A stretch of DNA of 64,000 nt from an uncultured Gemmatimonadales bacterium. Lineage in GTDB: Bacteria > Gemmatimonadota > Gemmatimonadetes > Longimicrobiales > Gaopeijiaceae. Below, one piece after another: positions 41,622 to 53,096 of this stretch. Each line of letters begins with the position of its first letter. The first letter of the stretch is position 1. Position numbers and translations under genes: made by a program. The notes beneath the pieces are model-generated. The model searched no databases, was not told where the DNA came from, and saw nothing but the letters and a program-made list of their open reading frames with translations. The stretch spans positions 1,472,001-1,536,000 of the forward strand of contig CAWELD010000003.1 in NCBI GenBank assembly GCA_963809895.1. Direction: 5' to 3'.

Positions 41622-41713
41622 TCTCTCACTCGCTCAGCAGCGATCCCTGGATGCCGGCGTGGAGAGGCGACACCTGCGTCTCCGACGCCCGACGTGGTTC
41701 CCCGAAGCGCCGA

Positions 41714-41742
41714 ATGGTGGCCGGAGGCCGGAGGCGTGTCAA
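41714..41742 (-). promoter_or_regulatory. Putative promoter of asnS
   Basis: TTGACA-N17-CACCAT. Confidence 0.55.
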
Positions 41743-41761
41743 CGCACCGGGCGTGGCCCGG

Positions 41762-43855
41762 TCAGCCGACGCCGAACATCTTGAGGCGCTCGGCGTAGCG
41801 GGCGTCCAGCACCGCTTTCACCCGGGCGTGGGCCGGGCTCTCCAGCTCGGCGTCGGCATCCACCACGCGGCGAGCGAGCCGCTGGGCCTCCACCAGGAGG
41901 CCTTCGTCGCGGGTGAGATCGGCGTGGGCCAGGATGGGATCGCGCCCGTGCTGCTGCGCGCCGAACAGGTCGCCCTGGCCCCGGATGCGCAGATCCGCCT
42001 TGGCGATGGCGAAGCCGTCGGAGGTGTCGCGGAAGATCTTGAGCCGCTCGGCCGCCACCTCGCCGGGCTCGGCTACCAGGATGCAGTGGCTCTCGTCGGC
42101 ACCACGGCCTACGCGCCCCCGGAGCTGGTGGAGCTGGGACAGCCCGAAGCGCTCGGCGTGCTCCACCACCATGACGGTGGCGTTGGCCACGTCGATCCCC
42201 ACCTCGATGACCGAGGTGGCCACCAGCAGATCCACGTCGCCGGCCAGGAAGGCACGCATGGTCTCGTCCTTCTCCTCGCCGGGCATCTGTCCGTGCAGGA
42301 GCCCCAGGCGACGGTGTGGAAACACCTCTTCGCTCAGGCGCTCGTACTCCTGGGTGGCCGCCCGCAGATCCACCTTCTCCGACTCCTCCACCAGCGGATA
42401 GACCACGTACCCCTGACGGCCCTGGGCCAGCTGCTCGTCGACGAAGCGGTAGACGTCGTCCCGGCGTCCGGGATAGCGCAGATGCGTCTGGATGGGCCGC
42501 CGCCCCGGCGGCAGCTCGTCCAGCACGCTCAGGTCGAGGTCGCCGTACAGCGTGAGCGCCAGCGAGCGCGGGATCGGGGTGGCCGACATCACCAGCACGT
42601 CGGGCGGTGGCTCGCGTTCCGCCAGCGACATGCGTTGGCGGACCCCGAAGCGGTGCTGCTCGTCCACGACCACCAGTCCCAGGTGGGCGAGCTCCACGCT
42701 CTCCTGGATGAGGGCGTGGGTGCCCACCACCAGCTTCGCGCGCCCCGAGGACAGCCCCTCCAGCGCGTGGCGCCGCTCCGCCGCGCCCAACCGTCCGGTG
42801 AGGAGGGTGACCTCCAGTCCCAGCGGCGCCACCAGCTCGCCCAGCCGCCGTGCGTGCTGCTCGGCCAGGATCTCGGTGGGCGCCATGAGGACCGCCTGCC
42901 ATCCCCCCTCCACCGCCACCAGCATGGCGAAGAGCGCCACCAGCGTCTTTCCGGCTCCCACGTCGCCCTGAAGCATGCGGTTCATGCGCCGGTCGGAGAC
43001 CATGTCGGCGGTGATCTCGCGCAGCACCCTGGCCTGGGCCCCGGTGAGCTCGAAGGGAAGCGCGGCGTGCAGGGGCCGCACGAGCTCGTTGCTGCGCTCA
43101 TGCGAGATCCCGGGCCGGAGTCGCGTCTGGCGGTAGCGCACCTGGGCCTGCACGAGCTGCAAGAAGAAGAGCTCGTCGAAGGCGAGGCGCTGGCGGCCCG
43201 TTTCCGCAGCGGCCAGCGAGGTGGGGCGGTGCAGCGCCAGGAACGCCTCCGGCAGCGTGAGCAGGCCCAGCCGCTCGCGCTCCTCGTCGGGCAGGTATTC
43301 CTCGTGCGACGCCAGCCCCACCAGCGCGTCCAGGTTCTTCTCGAAGATGCTGCGCAGCACCCACTGGGGAACCTCTTCGCTGGCCGGATACGCCACGAAG
43401 ATCGTGCCCTCCGCGCCCTCCTCGGCACCGCCCCGGCCCGAGGCCCGGGACAGGACCGTGTGTTCCCGGGGTTGGATCTGGCGCCCGTGGAAGAACTTCA
43501 CGGGACCGGTGACGAGGAGCGTGTCGCCCTCGCGGAGCTTGCGATCGAGCCAGGGCTGTCCCGGCCAGGCCACAGTGATGCGGCCGGACTCGTCTTCGAG
43601 CACCGCCTGGAAGATGCGTAGCCCGGCGCGCGTGGGGATCACGCCCTTGGTCCGGACCCGCCCCACGGCGGTGGCGTCCATTCCCACCTCCAGCGTGGCG
43701 ATGGGGCTCACGGTGGACGCGTCGTCGTAGCGCCGGGGAATGTAGTGCAGGAGGTCGCGAGCCGTGGCCAGCCCCATACGCCCCAGGGCCTCGGCCCGAC
43801 GGGGGCCCACGCCCTTGAGGAACTGCACGGGTTTGTCCAGGAGCGAGAAATCCAT
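41762..43855 (-). CDS. recG: ATP-dependent DNA helicase RecG
   Basis: QGDVGAGKT, DEQHRFGV, MSATPIPRS and QLHQLRGRVGRG motifs. Confidence 0.97.
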   Translation of the reverse strand: MDFSLLDKPVQFLKGVGPRRAEALGRMGLATARDLLHYIPRRYDDASTVSPIATLEVGMDATAVGRVRTKGVIPTRAGLRIFQAVLEDESGRITVAWPGQPWLDRKLREGDTLLVTGPVKFFHGRQIQPREHTVLSRASGRGGAEEGAEGTIFVAYPASEEVPQWVLRSIFEKNLDALVGLASHEEYLPDEERERLGLLTLPEAFLALHRPTSLAAAETGRQRLAFDELFFLQLVQAQVRYRQTRLRPGISHERSNELVRPLHAALPFELTGAQARVLREITADMVSDRRMNRMLQGDVGAGKTLVALFAMLVAVEGGWQAVLMAPTEILAEQHARRLGELVAPLGLEVTLLTGRLGAAERRHALEGLSSGRAKLVVGTHALIQESVELAHLGLVVVDEQHRFGVRQRMSLAEREPPPDVLVMSATPIPRSLALTLYGDLDLSVLDELPPGRRPIQTHLRYPGRRDDVYRFVDEQLAQGRQGYVVYPLVEESEKVDLRAATQEYERLSEEVFPHRRLGLLHGQMPGEEKDETMRAFLAGDVDLLVATSVIEVGIDVANATVMVVEHAERFGLSQLHQLRGRVGRGADESHCILVAEPGEVAAERLKIFRDTSDGFAIAKADLRIRGQGDLFGAQQHGRDPILAHADLTRDEGLLVEAQRLARRVVDADAELESPAHARVKAVLDARYAERLKMFGVG

Positions 43856-43874
43856 GCCCCGCCTCGGCGGCCAC

Positions 43875-44798
43875 TCAGCCGGTGAAGATTCCCTGGACGA
43901 AGTCGTCCACGTCGAAGGTCTCCAGGTCGTCCACGCCCTCGCCGCGCCCCACCAGCTTCACGGGCAGGCCGTGCTCCTCCTGCAACGCCACCACGATGCC
44001 GCCCCGGGCCGTGGAATCCATCTTGGTCAGCACGATCCCGCTCAGCTCCACCACCTCCTTGAAGGTGCGGACCTGGCTGAGGGCATTCTGGCCCACCGTG
44101 GCGTCGAGCACCATGAGGGTCTCGTGGGGCGCCCCCTCGATCTTGCGCCGGATGACCCGGTCCACCTTGCGCAGCTCCTCCATCAGGTTGCGGTTCGTGT
44201 GCAGGCGGCCGGCCGTGTCCACCAGCACCACGTCGATGCCTCGGCGCACGGCGGCGTCCATGGCGTCGAAGGCCACGGCCGCCGGATCGCCACCCTGCTG
44301 CCCGCGGACGAAATCCGCGCCCACCTTCTCGGCCCACATGCCGAGCTGCTCCACCGCGCCGGCCCTCCAGGTGTCGGCGGCCGCCACCAGCACCGACCGG
44401 CCTTCCTGGACCAGCCGGCTCGCCAGCTTGGCGATGGAGGTGGTCTTGCCCACGCCGTTGACGCCGACGACGAGGTACACGGTGGGACCGCTGTCCGCCG
44501 CATGAAGATAGGCATCGGCCATGGGCGCCAGAATGCTCCGAAGTTCCTCTTCCAACGAGGCCCGCAGCTCATCGCCCTTCCGCACCTTGCCACGGCGCGC
44601 CTGGCCCTCGACGTGATCCACGAGCCGGAGCGTCGCCTTCACCCCGAAGTCGGCCGCCAGCAGCTTCTCCTCGAGGGATTCCAGCGTCTCCTGGTCCATG
44701 CCCCGGGCCAGGACCCGGACATCGGTGAGCGCCAGGTCCACGGCGCGCCGCCAGAGGGACTTCTTCTTCTCGGCCTTCTTCTTGAACAGGCGAGCCAT
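43875..44798 (-). CDS. ftsY: SRP receptor FtsY (no acidic A domain)
   Basis: GVNGVGKTTSIAKLA, DTAGRL and TKMD motifs. Confidence 0.96.
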   Translation of the reverse strand: MARLFKKKAEKKKSLWRRAVDLALTDVRVLARGMDQETLESLEEKLLAADFGVKATLRLVDHVEGQARRGKVRKGDELRASLEEELRSILAPMADAYLHAADSGPTVYLVVGVNGVGKTTSIAKLASRLVQEGRSVLVAAADTWRAGAVEQLGMWAEKVGADFVRGQQGGDPAAVAFDAMDAAVRRGIDVVLVDTAGRLHTNRNLMEELRKVDRVIRRKIEGAPHETLMVLDATVGQNALSQVRTFKEVVELSGIVLTKMDSTARGGIVVALQEEHGLPVKLVGRGEGVDDLETFDVDDFVQGIFTG

Positions 44799-44948
44799 GG
44801 CACACGGGTCTGAGCGATGGGAACCCCGCAGGAGCGGGGGATCTGGGCCCGGGGCCCGCGCGGACCGTCCGCGCAGCCGCCCCGGGTCTCGAAAGATGGG
44901 GATTGGACCGACGCTGTGAACCCTCGACCGGCCGTGGGCGACTCGTCG

Positions 44949-46904
44949 CTAGCGCAGGCCCGACCGGCGCCGCCCGATCCACTCCAGCGACAGCAGACCC
45001 AACAGCAGGAGGAAGGGCCACGGGCTGGTACGCAGAGGCCGCCCGCCGCCGACGTCGCCCGAGCCCGTCGGCGCCGCCACCGACGCGAGCGCCGCCCGCG
45101 GGGGACGCAGCTCGTCGGTCCACGGCTCGCTGACCAGCCTCCCCTCCCAGGAGCGGTCCCCGGCGGCCAGCGAGTCGGGTCGCACCACGCGCGCCCTCCA
45201 GGCCCAGGTCCCGGGCGGGAGCGCCGGCTCCAGGGCCCGCCCGTCGCTCTCCACGGCCAGGGTGTCGGTACGCACCAGGGTGTCGGCCCGGGTGAGCGCG
45301 ATCTCCACGGCGCCCCCCGGTGCCTCGGGTGCGCGCCAGGTCACGGGCGCGCCGGCGGCCACGACCACCGCGTCGGGCGCCACCCCCGCCAGGGCGCGAC
45401 CCTCGCCCAGCTCGAGCAGCCAGCCCGTCGCCCCGGACCAGAGCCGGCGATAGGCCTCGGCGGGCTCGCCGGGACGAAACGCCCAGCGCCAGAATCCCCG
45501 GGCCAACCCCAGCGCGAGGCGCCGGGTGCTCCGGTCCACCAGCCACAGGGCGGGTGTGGTGGCGCCGCCGCCGGGCCGCTGCAGCTCCAGGGCGGGGACT
45601 CCCGGCCCGTCGCCGGTGGGGGCCAGCGGGTCCGACAAGGGGGGCAGCTGAGCCACCGGCAGGCTCGACAGGAGCGAGGCCAGCGGAGACGGGGGCGGCG
45701 GCGCCGTGGCGTACCACTCTCCCGCAGGCGCCGGGCGCGCCGACACCCCCGCCAGCTCCGTGGCCGCGGGGTCGCCGGCGAGGATGAGCACGCGCCTGGC
45801 CCGGGACACCACGTCGGCCAGCCAGGGGGGCGCACCGGCCGCGGGTCCCTGCACCACCAGGATGCGCGCATCGCCGAGCTGGGGACGAAGCTCGTCGCCG
45901 CTCACGACCTCACCGCCCCCGGTGGGGAGGAAGCGATCGGGGCCCACGCGCAACCACCCGCGGGTGGGAAGCCCCGACACCTGGTTCAGTACCGGCAGGA
46001 GGAAGCGGGATTCCCAGTCCGGCGCCAACGCCAGCAGCGCCACCACGCCCACGGAGGGGTCCACCTCCGTCACCACGGTGCGCGCATCGTCGTCGGGGAA
46101 CTCGTCGCCGTCCAGCGCCACGTGGGCGCGCCAGAGCACGGCGCCCGCCTCGTCGGGGAGATCCACGTCCAGGGTGCGCCGCACCACGGTGCCCGGACCC
46201 GGGAGCAGCACCCTCCAGCTCGCGAGCCGCGTTCCGTCGCGATCCAGCGTGAGCGTCGCCGAGTCCCCGGCGGCACCCTCCGTGCCGAAGGCCGACACGG
46301 CCAGCGTCACCGGGGCGCCGGCCCGCTCGGTGGCGGGGGCTTCGACGTCGGCGACGCCGGCGCTGCGGAGGGGCGTGCCCACGTCCTCCACCTCCAGCCC
46401 CAGGCCCAGGCGATCGAGCTCCGCTTGCGTGGCCACCGGGTCGGCCAGGCGCAGGTCGGAGACCAGCCGCACCTCGCGGGCACCGGCCTCGGCGGCCCGA
46501 CGCAGCAGGGGGGCCAGCACGCTGGCGTGGCCCGACGCCCCGAGACCCTGCAGGCTGTCCACCGGTACCGGGGGGTCACCCAGCAGCACGACTCGCTCAC
46601 CCCGGGCCCGCGCCTGGCCGGCCAGCTCCGACGCGCGCTGCCACGGTGTTCGGCCCGAGTCGCCGCCGCCGTTCATGGAGGCCGACGCGTCCAGCGCCAG
46701 CCAGGTGCGCTCCGCCCCACCACCGACGGCAGACGGGAGGCTCGGATTCCAGAGCAGGAGGACGAGGAGCACGAGGATCGCCGCGCGCAGCGCCGCCAGG
46801 AAGCGACGCCCTGCCACGGGGAGCTCGCGCCGCAGGTACATCCAGAAGGCGAATGCGGCCAGCAGGACCGACGCCAGAAGCGCCGGCAGGACGGACGTCA
46901 GCAC
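44949..46904 (-). CDS. vWA-domain membrane protein of unknown function
   Basis: Two N-terminal TM helices, MIDAS-like LDASASM and SD motifs, and a C-terminal TM ending LEWIGRRR. Confidence 0.7.
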   Translation of the reverse strand: MLTSVLPALLASVLLAAFAFWMYLRRELPVAGRRFLAALRAAILVLLVLLLWNPSLPSAVGGGAERTWLALDASASMNGGGDSGRTPWQRASELAGQARARGERVVLLGDPPVPVDSLQGLGASGHASVLAPLLRRAAEAGAREVRLVSDLRLADPVATQAELDRLGLGLEVEDVGTPLRSAGVADVEAPATERAGAPVTLAVSAFGTEGAAGDSATLTLDRDGTRLASWRVLLPGPGTVVRRTLDVDLPDEAGAVLWRAHVALDGDEFPDDDARTVVTEVDPSVGVVALLALAPDWESRFLLPVLNQVSGLPTRGWLRVGPDRFLPTGGGEVVSGDELRPQLGDARILVVQGPAAGAPPWLADVVSRARRVLILAGDPAATELAGVSARPAPAGEWYATAPPPPSPLASLLSSLPVAQLPPLSDPLAPTGDGPGVPALELQRPGGGATTPALWLVDRSTRRLALGLARGFWRWAFRPGEPAEAYRRLWSGATGWLLELGEGRALAGVAPDAVVVAAGAPVTWRAPEAPGGAVEIALTRADTLVRTDTLAVESDGRALEPALPPGTWAWRARVVRPDSLAAGDRSWEGRLVSEPWTDELRPPRAALASVAAPTGSGDVGGGRPLRTSPWPFLLLLGLLSLEWIGRRRSGLR

Positions 46905-46947
46905 TCGATGGCGGAGGTCCGGCGCGGAGCATGCGCCAGCGATCGGC

Positions 46948-48321
46948 TCACCGGCCCGGTCCCTCCCGGGAGCCCGATTCGGCTGCGGCGCCGTCCGAGG
47001 CGCCGGCCTTGGCCGACGCGGCGGCGCGGTCCGCCTCCTCCTTGGCGGCCTCGGCCTGGGCGCGGGCCTGCGCCAGTCGGATGCTGCCCACGGCGGGCAG
47101 GCTCTCCAACAGCGCCATGCGGGGGGTCAGCTCGGCCCGCCAACGTCCCAGGTCGTCGCTCGGGATCGGATCGCCGGCGGGCAGCTCCACGGCCAGGGGA
47201 TCCACGTTGCTGCCGTTGCGGATCATCTCGTAGTGCAGGTGCGGGCCCGTGGCCAGACCCGTCATCCCCACGTAGCCGATGATGTCGCCCTGATGAACCC
47301 GGGTGCCCACGTGCACGCTCGACGCGAAACGGCTCATGTGCCCGTACCGGGTCACGAACCCGTTGGCGTGGCGAATCACCACCGCGTTGCCCAGGCCACC
47401 CAGCGGCCCCCTGTGCTGCACGACACCGTCTGCGGTGGCCATGATGGGCGTGCCCGCATCGGCAGCGTAGTCGACACCCTTGTGGGCGCGCCACTTCTTC
47501 AGGATCGGGTGGTAGCGGCCCGTGGTGAAGCGCGACGAGATGCGCCGGAACTCCAGCGGCTTGGTGAGGAAGGCGCGCCGCACCGAGGTCCCGTCAAGGT
47601 CGTAGTACGAGCCGCGCCCGTCGCCGTTGGGGTCGAACCAGATGGCGTGATAGGCCGTGCCGGCGTTCACGAACTCGGCGGCGATGATGTGCCCGGCACG
47701 CATGGTGCCGTCGGGTCGAACCTGTCGCTCGAAGGCCACCCGGTAGCCGTCTCCGGGCTGCACCTGGCGGGAGAAGTCCAGCTGCCACTGGAAGACCTTG
47801 TCCAGGTGGTCCACCAGGATGCCCCGGTCGTTGTAGGGCACCTTCGACAGAAAGCGATTGCGGATGAGCGAGGTCCACAGGGATGCCTGGATGGTGCCCA
47901 CCACCAGGAGCGTGTCGGTGAAGACCGGCGTCTCCACGGTGGACGAGTGCCACCCGAAACGGTCCCTGGTGAGCCGCACGGTCTCGTCGGCGTTCAGCGA
48001 GACGTCCACGCCGCGGAGCTGCTCGTCGCCGTTGTAGCGCAGCGCGATCTCGGTGCCGACCTTCATGCGCCGCGGGCTGGCCTGCTCGCGGAAGGACAGC
48101 AGGAGCGCCTGCTGCTGCGAGCCGTCGAGGATGCCGTTGAGGACCTCCCCCAGCGTCTCGCCGGCGGCCAGGGCCCGAACCTCGGTGCGCTCGGCCGGGC
48201 GCGCCTCGATGGTGTCCAGGCGACCCACGTCGGGGGTGCGGCCACAGCCGGTGAGCACCACACCCACCACGAGGGCGGTGGCGGTCGGCCGCAAGCGAGA
48301 GCGCGTGGGTGCGACGATCAT
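46948..48321 (-). CDS. M23 (MepM-like) peptidoglycan endopeptidase, probable lipoprotein
   Basis: Lipobox LTGC; ISSRF...HPI, HKGVDY, YGHMS and TGPHLHYE motifs. Confidence 0.9.
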   Translation of the reverse strand: MIVAPTRSRLRPTATALVVGVVLTGCGRTPDVGRLDTIEARPAERTEVRALAAGETLGEVLNGILDGSQQQALLLSFREQASPRRMKVGTEIALRYNGDEQLRGVDVSLNADETVRLTRDRFGWHSSTVETPVFTDTLLVVGTIQASLWTSLIRNRFLSKVPYNDRGILVDHLDKVFQWQLDFSRQVQPGDGYRVAFERQVRPDGTMRAGHIIAAEFVNAGTAYHAIWFDPNGDGRGSYYDLDGTSVRRAFLTKPLEFRRISSRFTTGRYHPILKKWRAHKGVDYAADAGTPIMATADGVVQHRGPLGGLGNAVVIRHANGFVTRYGHMSRFASSVHVGTRVHQGDIIGYVGMTGLATGPHLHYEMIRNGSNVDPLAVELPAGDPIPSDDLGRWRAELTPRMALLESLPAVGSIRLAQARAQAEAAKEEADRAAASAKAGASDGAAAESGSREGPGR

Positions 48322-48382
48322 TGGACGGGGCTCGAGGGTGCGTCTCCGGAGCGGGACCCCGGGGCGCACCCCCGAGTCCGGC

Positions 48383-49600
<1,218 letters not shown>

Positions 49601-49724
49601 TTCTCGGCTCCTGCGTGCGTAGGGTCTTCCATGGGTGACGGTCGGCCATGCTCCCCGGGAGGAGCTCTGAGCCTTCGGGGCGGTGGGTCCGGACCCATGC
49701 CCGCGCCTGGGCGATTCCGGACCA

Positions 49725-50957
49725 TCAGAAGAACTCCTTGATCCAGGCCGCCACCCGGGAGAGGACCCCCGACGCAAGCGTCGATGCGCCCTCGCCCGTT
49801 TCGGCGTAACGTTCCGTGCCCCAAAGCGCAAGTCCGGCGGCGGTGGCGAACCGCGGACGACCCACCTTGTCGGCGAGTCCCGAGAGGCCTTCGCCAGGCA
49901 CGCCCAGGCGCACCGGCGCGGCGAAGACCTGCTGTGCCAGCTCCACCAGGCCGGGCATGGCGGCGGATCCCCCGGTGAGGACGATCCCGGCACCCAGCCT
50001 GTCCGAGTGGCCGTGTTCCTCGAGCTCGTGGCGCACCAGCCCGAAGAGCTCGTCGAGGCGCTGCTCGGCGATGTGGGCGATGAGCTCACGGGCCACCAGG
50101 CGGGTCTGGCCCGGGGCGGTTCCCGGCACCTCGACCGTCTCCTGGGGATCCACGAACTGGGCCGAGGCGGCGCCGTAGAGCTCCTTGACCCGCTGGGCCT
50201 CGGCGAAGGGCAGCGACAGGCCCTTCACCAGGTCGCTGGTCACCGAGACGCCCCCGATGGGGAGCACCCCCACATGGCGGATCTTGCCCTCGTAGTAGAC
50301 CGCCAGGTCGGTGGTGCTGGCCCCCACCTCCACCATGGCCGCGCCCACTTCCTTCTCGTCTTCGGTGAGCACCGCGCGCGCCGTGGCCAACGGCTCCAGG
50401 ACCATCTCCTGGACCGCGTAGCCCGCCCGCGTGATGGCCTTGCGCAGGTTGCCGGCGGCGCTGGCGGAGCAGGTCACCAGGCAGACCTCCGCCTCCAGGC
50501 GCGTGCCGGACATGCCCACGGGATCCTTGATCCCCTGCTGGTGGTCGACGGTGTACTCCACGGGGATGGCGTGCAGGAGCTCCCGGTCCGGCGCCAGCGC
50601 CACCGCCCGGGCCACCTCGTGCACACGGCTGAGATCGCCGGGCGCGATCTCCTCGTCGCTCACCGCCACCACGCCCATGGACGACCACGCCTCGATGTGC
50701 TCACCCGAGAGGCCGGTGTACACGCGATCGACGGTCACGCCCGCCATGAGCTCGGCTTCCTTCATGGCCGCGCGGATGGACTCGGTGGTCTCCTCGAGAT
50801 GGGTGACCCGCTCGCCCCGCATGCCACCGGTGCGCGCCTGGCCCACACCCAGGATCTTGAGACCCGGCTGCCGGCGCGGCTCGCCGATGATCTCGCCGAT
50901 GACCGCACAGGTCTTCGTGGTTCCGATGTCCAGGCCCGCGATGAGGTTGGCTCGCAT
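49725..50957 (-). CDS. ftsA: Cell division protein FtsA
   Basis: [25 protein letters not shown] and a C-terminal amphipathic helix WIKEFF. Confidence 0.97.
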   Translation of the reverse strand: MRANLIAGLDIGTTKTCAVIGEIIGEPRRQPGLKILGVGQARTGGMRGERVTHLEETTESIRAAMKEAELMAGVTVDRVYTGLSGEHIEAWSSMGVVAVSDEEIAPGDLSRVHEVARAVALAPDRELLHAIPVEYTVDHQQGIKDPVGMSGTRLEAEVCLVTCSASAAGNLRKAITRAGYAVQEMVLEPLATARAVLTEDEKEVGAAMVEVGASTTDLAVYYEGKIRHVGVLPIGGVSVTSDLVKGLSLPFAEAQRVKELYGAASAQFVDPQETVEVPGTAPGQTRLVARELIAHIAEQRLDELFGLVRHELEEHGHSDRLGAGIVLTGGSAAMPGLVELAQQVFAAPVRLGVPGEGLSGLADKVGRPRFATAAGLALWGTERYAETGEGASTLASGVLSRVAAWIKEFF

Positions 50958-50974
50958 TCGTCCGTATCCCAGAG

Positions 50975-51703
50975 TCAGTACCGTACCACGACCTGATCCG
51001 CGTACCGCAGATCCACCGCCCGGGGCACGCCCCGCCGGTCGACCTCCAACGCGTGAGCCAGCACCCGCATCCCCTCGCCCATGCGGCGGGGATCGGCCCC
51101 CTCACTCATGAGGAAGGTGATCTCGGGTTCCGCGCCCCAGCGCACCTGCAGCGAGCCGTCGCGTTGCTGGCTCACCTCCGAGACCCGACCGAAGAAGACC
51201 GGGTCCCGCCGCATGCGCTCCACCGCCCGGGCCAGCGGGCGGACGCGCGCCTCGGTGGGCCGCTCCGGCGCGCCCCGCTCCCGGAGGGGACGCACCACGG
51301 GTAGATCGAGACGGTGCGTCGCCGGGTCCAGGGGCAGGTAGTGGCCTTCGCCGTCCACCGGCTCCAACACCGGGGTCGGCACCAGGGCCACGGGCTCCTC
51401 CTCCTCCACCTCGAAGACCAGGGTGCTCGGGAGGCGGCGGTGGACCTCGGCCCTCCGCACCAGGGGATGCGCCTCGAGACGCGCCTCCCACGCCGACGGG
51501 TCGTCCCATATGCTCGCCCCCGGCTCCACGGCGGCCGTGGTCACCGCCTCGTCCAGGGTGAGGAAGCGGGCGCCCTCGAGGGCGAAGCCGTCCACCTCGA
51601 ACAGCTCGGAGCCCGCCAGCGCCTCCGGCACCTTGCGACCCAGCGTCACCAGGACCACCACCGCGAGGACGGCCACCGACCAGCGCAACACGCGCCTATA
51701 CAT
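50975..51703 (-). CDS. ftsQ: Cell division protein FtsQ/DivIB
   Basis: N-terminal TM, POTRA (HPLVRRAEVHRRLPSTL) and C-terminal VDLRYADQVVVR. Confidence 0.9.
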   Translation of the reverse strand: MYRRVLRWSVAVLAVVVLVTLGRKVPEALAGSELFEVDGFALEGARFLTLDEAVTTAAVEPGASIWDDPSAWEARLEAHPLVRRAEVHRRLPSTLVFEVEEEEPVALVPTPVLEPVDGEGHYLPLDPATHRLDLPVVRPLRERGAPERPTEARVRPLARAVERMRRDPVFFGRVSEVSQQRDGSLQVRWGAEPEITFLMSEGADPRRMGEGMRVLAHALEVDRRGVPRAVDLRYADQVVVRY

Positions 51704-53096
51704 GGACGGTCTCCAGCTCCCGCAGCAGCTCGCGGCCCAGGAGCTCGATGGAGCCCGCACCCATGATCAGCACCACGTCACCCGACCCCACCTCACCGGC
51801 CAGCGCCGGGGCCAGCCCTTCCAGGGCGGCGTGGTAGCGCGCCTGGCCACCGGCCTCGGCCACGGCGTCCCGGACCAGACGACCATCCACCCCGGCGATG
51901 GGCGCTTCGCGGGCCGGAAAGACGTCGGTGATCCAGACGACGTCCGCCGCCGCCAGCGACGTACCGAAGGCGGGTGCGAAGTCGCGGGTGCGGGTGAAGA
52001 GATGCGGCTGGAAGACGGCGACGATGCGGCGTCCGGGGTAGGCCTCGCGGGCCGCGGACAGCGTGGCGGCGATCTCCGTGGGATGGTGCGCGTAGTCGTC
52101 GACCACCGTCACGCCCCTCACGGTCCCGAGCCGCTGGAAGCGCCGGCCGACGCCCCCGAAGGAGGACCAGGCACGCCGGATGGCGTCCCAGGACCCTCCC
52201 AGATGGCGCGCCACCGCCGCCGCGGCCAGGGCGTTGCGCACACCGTGGAGGCCGGGGCTCGGCAGGTGCCCCACGCCCCGGTCGTGGCCGTCCTCGAGAA
52301 TCCGGAAGCGGGTGCCCTGGGCGTCCATGTGCACGTCGACGGCCCGGAGCTGCGACCCTGCGGCCAGGCCGTAGGTGTAGCCCGGCTCGGGCAGCCCGGC
52401 CAGCAGGGCCGAGGCGCCGGGGTCGTCGGCGCACACGATGACCCGGCCACCGGGCCGGCGTGCGGCGAGAAAGGCGCGGAAGGCCTCCTGGACGCCGGCG
52501 AGGTCGCCGTAGATGTCCAGGTGGTCCGCCTCCACGTTGGTGACCACCGCCACGTCGGGCTCCAGCGCGTGGAAGGAGCGGTCGAATTCGTCGGCCTCCA
52601 CCACCGACAGGTCCGAGGCTCCCAGGCGCAGGTTCCCCTGCCACGACGGAACCGGGCCGCCCACGAATCCCGTGGGATCCATGCCGGCCGCTTCCAGCAC
52701 CTGCACGGTGAGGGCGGTGGTGCTGGTCTTGCCGTGGGTACCGGCCACGGCCACCACCCGGCCACGGTTCACCAGAGCGCCCAGGGCTTCAGCCCGCTTC
52801 AGGAGCGGCAGGCCCCGAGCCCGGGCCGCCTCCACTTCGGGGTGGCCCATGGGCACCGCGGCCGTCACCACCAGGGCCGTGGCACCCTCCAGATGCGCAG
52901 GATCGTGTCCGGTGTGGATGCGGGCGCCCAGCTCCTCCAGGTGCCCGGTGGCGGCCGAGGTCTTGAGGTCGCAGCCGGTGACCGCGCCACCCTGCCGGAG
53001 CAGGAGCTCGGCCAGGGCGCACATGCCCGCGCCGCCGATCCCCATGAAGTGTACGGGGCCGGTGCGGGCCAGGGCGATGAGGTCCGGCGCGCTCAC
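51696..53096 (-). CDS. murC: UDP-N-acetylmuramate--L-alanine ligase
   Basis: HFMGIGGAGM, GTHGKTST, EADEFD, DDYAHHPTE and FQPH motifs. Confidence 0.97.
   Translation of the reverse strand: MSAPDLIALARTGPVHFMGIGGAGMCALAELLLRQGGAVTGCDLKTSAATGHLEELGARIHTGHDPAHLEGATALVVTAAVPMGHPEVEAARARGLPLLKRAEALGALVNRGRVVAVAGTHGKTSTTALTVQVLEAAGMDPTGFVGGPVPSWQGNLRLGASDLSVVEADEFDRSFHALEPDVAVVTNVEADHLDIYGDLAGVQEAFRAFLAARRPGGRVIVCADDPGASALLAGLPEPGYTYGLAAGSQLRAVDVHMDAQGTRFRILEDGHDRGVGHLPSPGLHGVRNALAAAAVARHLGGSWDAIRRAWSSFGGVGRRFQRLGTVRGVTVVDDYAHHPTEIAATLSAAREAYPGRRIVAVFQPHLFTRTRDFAPAFGTSLAAADVVWITDVFPAREAPIAGVDGRLVRDAVAEAGGQARYHAALEGLAPALAGEVGSGDVVLIMGAGSIELLGRELLRELETVHV

Noticed and set aside
41622..41761. T-box upstream of asnS
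   Set aside because: Too short, and it lacks the GGTGGNACCGCG T-box sequence and a terminator.
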